Part shown: in pieces, positions 61,818 through 64,000 of the stretch
Layout: every line of letters starts with the position of its first letter
Position numbering within the stretch: the stretch's first letter is position 1
Origin: Balanoglossus misakiensis
Taxonomy: Eukaryota > Animalia > Hemichordata
Assembly (NCBI GenBank): GCA_040954595.2
Contig: CM082598.2
Span: 5,719,097-5,783,096 of the forward strand
Reading direction: 5' to 3'
DNA: 64,000 nt
Notes under the pieces: model-generated
The model's input: the letters and a program-made list of their open reading frames with translations, nothing else
Told to the model about the DNA's origin: nothing
The model's database searches: none
Translations under genes and position numbers: made by a program

Positions 61818-62220
61818 CCTGACAATTTCCAAACGGATAAACACCGTCTTCTTCACCGTATATAGACACTGGGCAACACTGGTATTCGACTGGGACACTG
61901 GTGACCGCTGTCCTGTCAATCGAGGTCAGATTCAGATTCGAGCTCGTGTTCCACTCTTCTGCTCATTAGATGCGCAAAGGAATCCTCGGTAAATTGACCC
62001 CAAAAAATGTAGTCCACGAACATTTTGGGGTATGGGAATGCCATATTTCCATCAATGTCAGGAAAGAGTGACTATAGCTACAAAATTAGTGCATTAAATG
62101 CGATGTATTATGCGCATCCGAACCGAACTTCCGGTGCTCTGAATCTGATTCTGAATCTGACTCAAATTGACTTCTTACTGTTGTTTCTGTGTGTATTGCG
62201 TTACGACTAGACCTCTACCT

Positions 62221-63040
62221 ATGAAATTGAACCTCTTGATGGGATGGGATGAGTTCTCAACTTTTCCAATTGCTGTGTGGGGCGCTACACATTCTAAGAA
62301 TGTCAACATAAGCGTGAACTCTATCTCCGCTTCTGACACTAGCGGTCCGGGTAAGTACAGTCTCGCGGCAGGGGTATAAAGTACATGTACTTTAGCTCTG
62401 GACCCTGTCAAAATGAACACACGGCAGAAGTAGTCGCAAGCTATCCAGCCAGGTCAAAATGCCCAGAAATTAGTTGTCCATATTCAAGTTGTCAATGCCA
62501 GGGGAGTGTGGTTTGACAATGCATATTTTTACATTCTGAAATTATGCAATAATGATGGTTGCTATCCTGAACGTGCTGAGAGATTTGTAGGGAATGTGTT
62601 AAGAAAACGATCTCTTCCAATTTTTCCCATTAATGTATACAATCACCTTTAATTTACATTGTCCATATATGGTTGAAAGTACATGTCTAATTCACTCTAC
62701 AAAAGTGTGTGATTGGCTAGATTACTCCTTTCCATGGCAACTGTGGCTTAATTTGCATAGGTGACCTTGTATCTGGTATATTTTAATTACAGGATTCCGC
62801 AAACAGCCAGAATGTTTCATCCATGATGATTTATCTCCTGAAGAGATCAACAAATTTGGTGAAATCTTTGACAGAGCAAATGAAGAACTATTTGAATGCA
62901 AAGACTGTGGTAAACGTTTCACCCATAGCGACGCTCTACAGAAACACATGTATTGTTTTCAAAAGAATTTGAGTGCCTCTTGCATTTTTGTTGTTACATG
63001 TATTATCATTACTGACATTGAATCAGTACTTGTAATTTAA
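62221..63040 (+). pseudogene. Truncated single-finger ZNF paralog, copy 3
   Basis: Exons 62221-62350 and 62793-63040, frame preserved. Confidence 0.65.
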
Positions 63041-63520
63041 AACAGTTTATAACTTTTTTCAATTAATATTATTGACTGACAACTAGTAGTTTATTTGTCA
63101 TGAATGCCAGAATATATTTTTGTTTGACGTTTTTGGGGAAAAATTTAGAAATTTACAAACCTGGTAGTATTAACCCATTCATCAATATGGTTCAGTCCAA
63201 ATCCGTTGTTTTCTGCTTGGAGGTTGGACCTGCAAAGAGGGAACTGGGGGTCAAAGGGTGTAAATATATCATCTTAGTTTGAGTGAGCATGTTCTTGTAA
63301 ATTTCGAGTTGGGATTACAAAGTCTTTCACTCTGAATATTACTACAGTACTGTAACATTCATCAGCATTCCTAGACTACAATAATGAAATTGTATGTATT
63401 TTTGTACTTTGCTGTATATGTAAACATCCACACATTCTGTTGTGTATTGAAGTCCATAAAGGCATTGTTCACATAAAATATACACATTCTCAGATGTCAT
63501 TTTTCATGTTAAGGACACAT

Positions 63521-64000
63521 TAGGGACCGTTCAGTTTTAACGGCCGGGGGGGGGGGGGCGGCAAAATCCAGGGGGGTCACTTAAATTTTGAAGTCCAAAA
63601 GAGGGGGGTCATCTGGGTTTTTTAAATGTTTAAGGGGGGTCACATACTTTTGCCACCGAACTTTTGTTTTTGAGTCCACAAAATTGCAGTTTCGTGCCCT
63701 TTATTTTACAAAATTTCCTAATGTGGGAGGGGGACACACCCACCCCCTCCATTCTTCACCACATTACATTTATTCGCTGGTTTGTCTAGTGTACAAGGGC
63801 AGACTTCTTGCCACCCCACCCCCGATGCTTACTTTGAGTGGAGTGGCAAAATTAAAATTTGTCCTGCCTAACATTGAGTTAATTTGCTTTTGAGTTCATT
63901 AAAATGCAACTTTGAGCACCGTATTTTACAAAATTTTCTTATGTGGGAGGGGCACACCCCCTCCCACGCCCACCACCGCCACTTATCTTGTTTTACCAAC
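63521..64000. mobile_element. G-run-rich putative element, longer version of 35952-36320 with an internal repeat
   Basis: Same start tagggaccgttcagtttt; tattttacaaaattt.ct.atgtgggagggg occurs twice (~63702, ~63922). Confidence 0.4.

Larger units (their letters stand above)
48551..64000. repeat. Segmental tandem duplication, unit 3 (runs off the window end)
   Basis: Colinear with 1-~12230 and 21079-~36320. Confidence 0.95.

Overview
AT-rich, intron-containing eukaryotic DNA, most likely a non-vertebrate metazoan; the species cannot be determined from the sequence. The whole window is three tandem copies of one segmental unit: position 1 aligns to 21079 and to 48551, giving units of ~21.1 kb, ~27.5 kb and >15.4 kb. 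Each unit carries three genes. (i) A + strand multi-exon, kinase-less, DAPK1-like ROCO gene: MGNFCCKK lipid-anchor exon, acidic linker exon(s), ankyrin repeats, Roc GTPase, COR, and a death domain split by a 110-154 aa insert. The central ankyrin repeats are each encoded by one phase-0 99/102-nt exon in a ~245-bp tandem array (7, 13 and 12+2 exons), and amino-acid variation is concentrated at the ligand-binding positions. (ii) A convergent - strand C2H2 zinc-finger gene with an 84-bp minisatellite of essentially identical fingers (7, 13 and 2 copies; copy 3 is frameshifted). (iii) A short, head-to-head, truncated paralog of that ZNF gene. The units also differ by copy-specific MITEs/hairpins and by a 2.3-kb segment holding the 3' exons of a probable GPI-anchored glycoprotein. 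The best candidate for a new system is a family of membrane-tethered, exon-shuffled, 'natural DARPin' ANK-ROCO-DD receptors. All gene models were read by eye from GT/AG signals and frame continuity and have no transcript support here.
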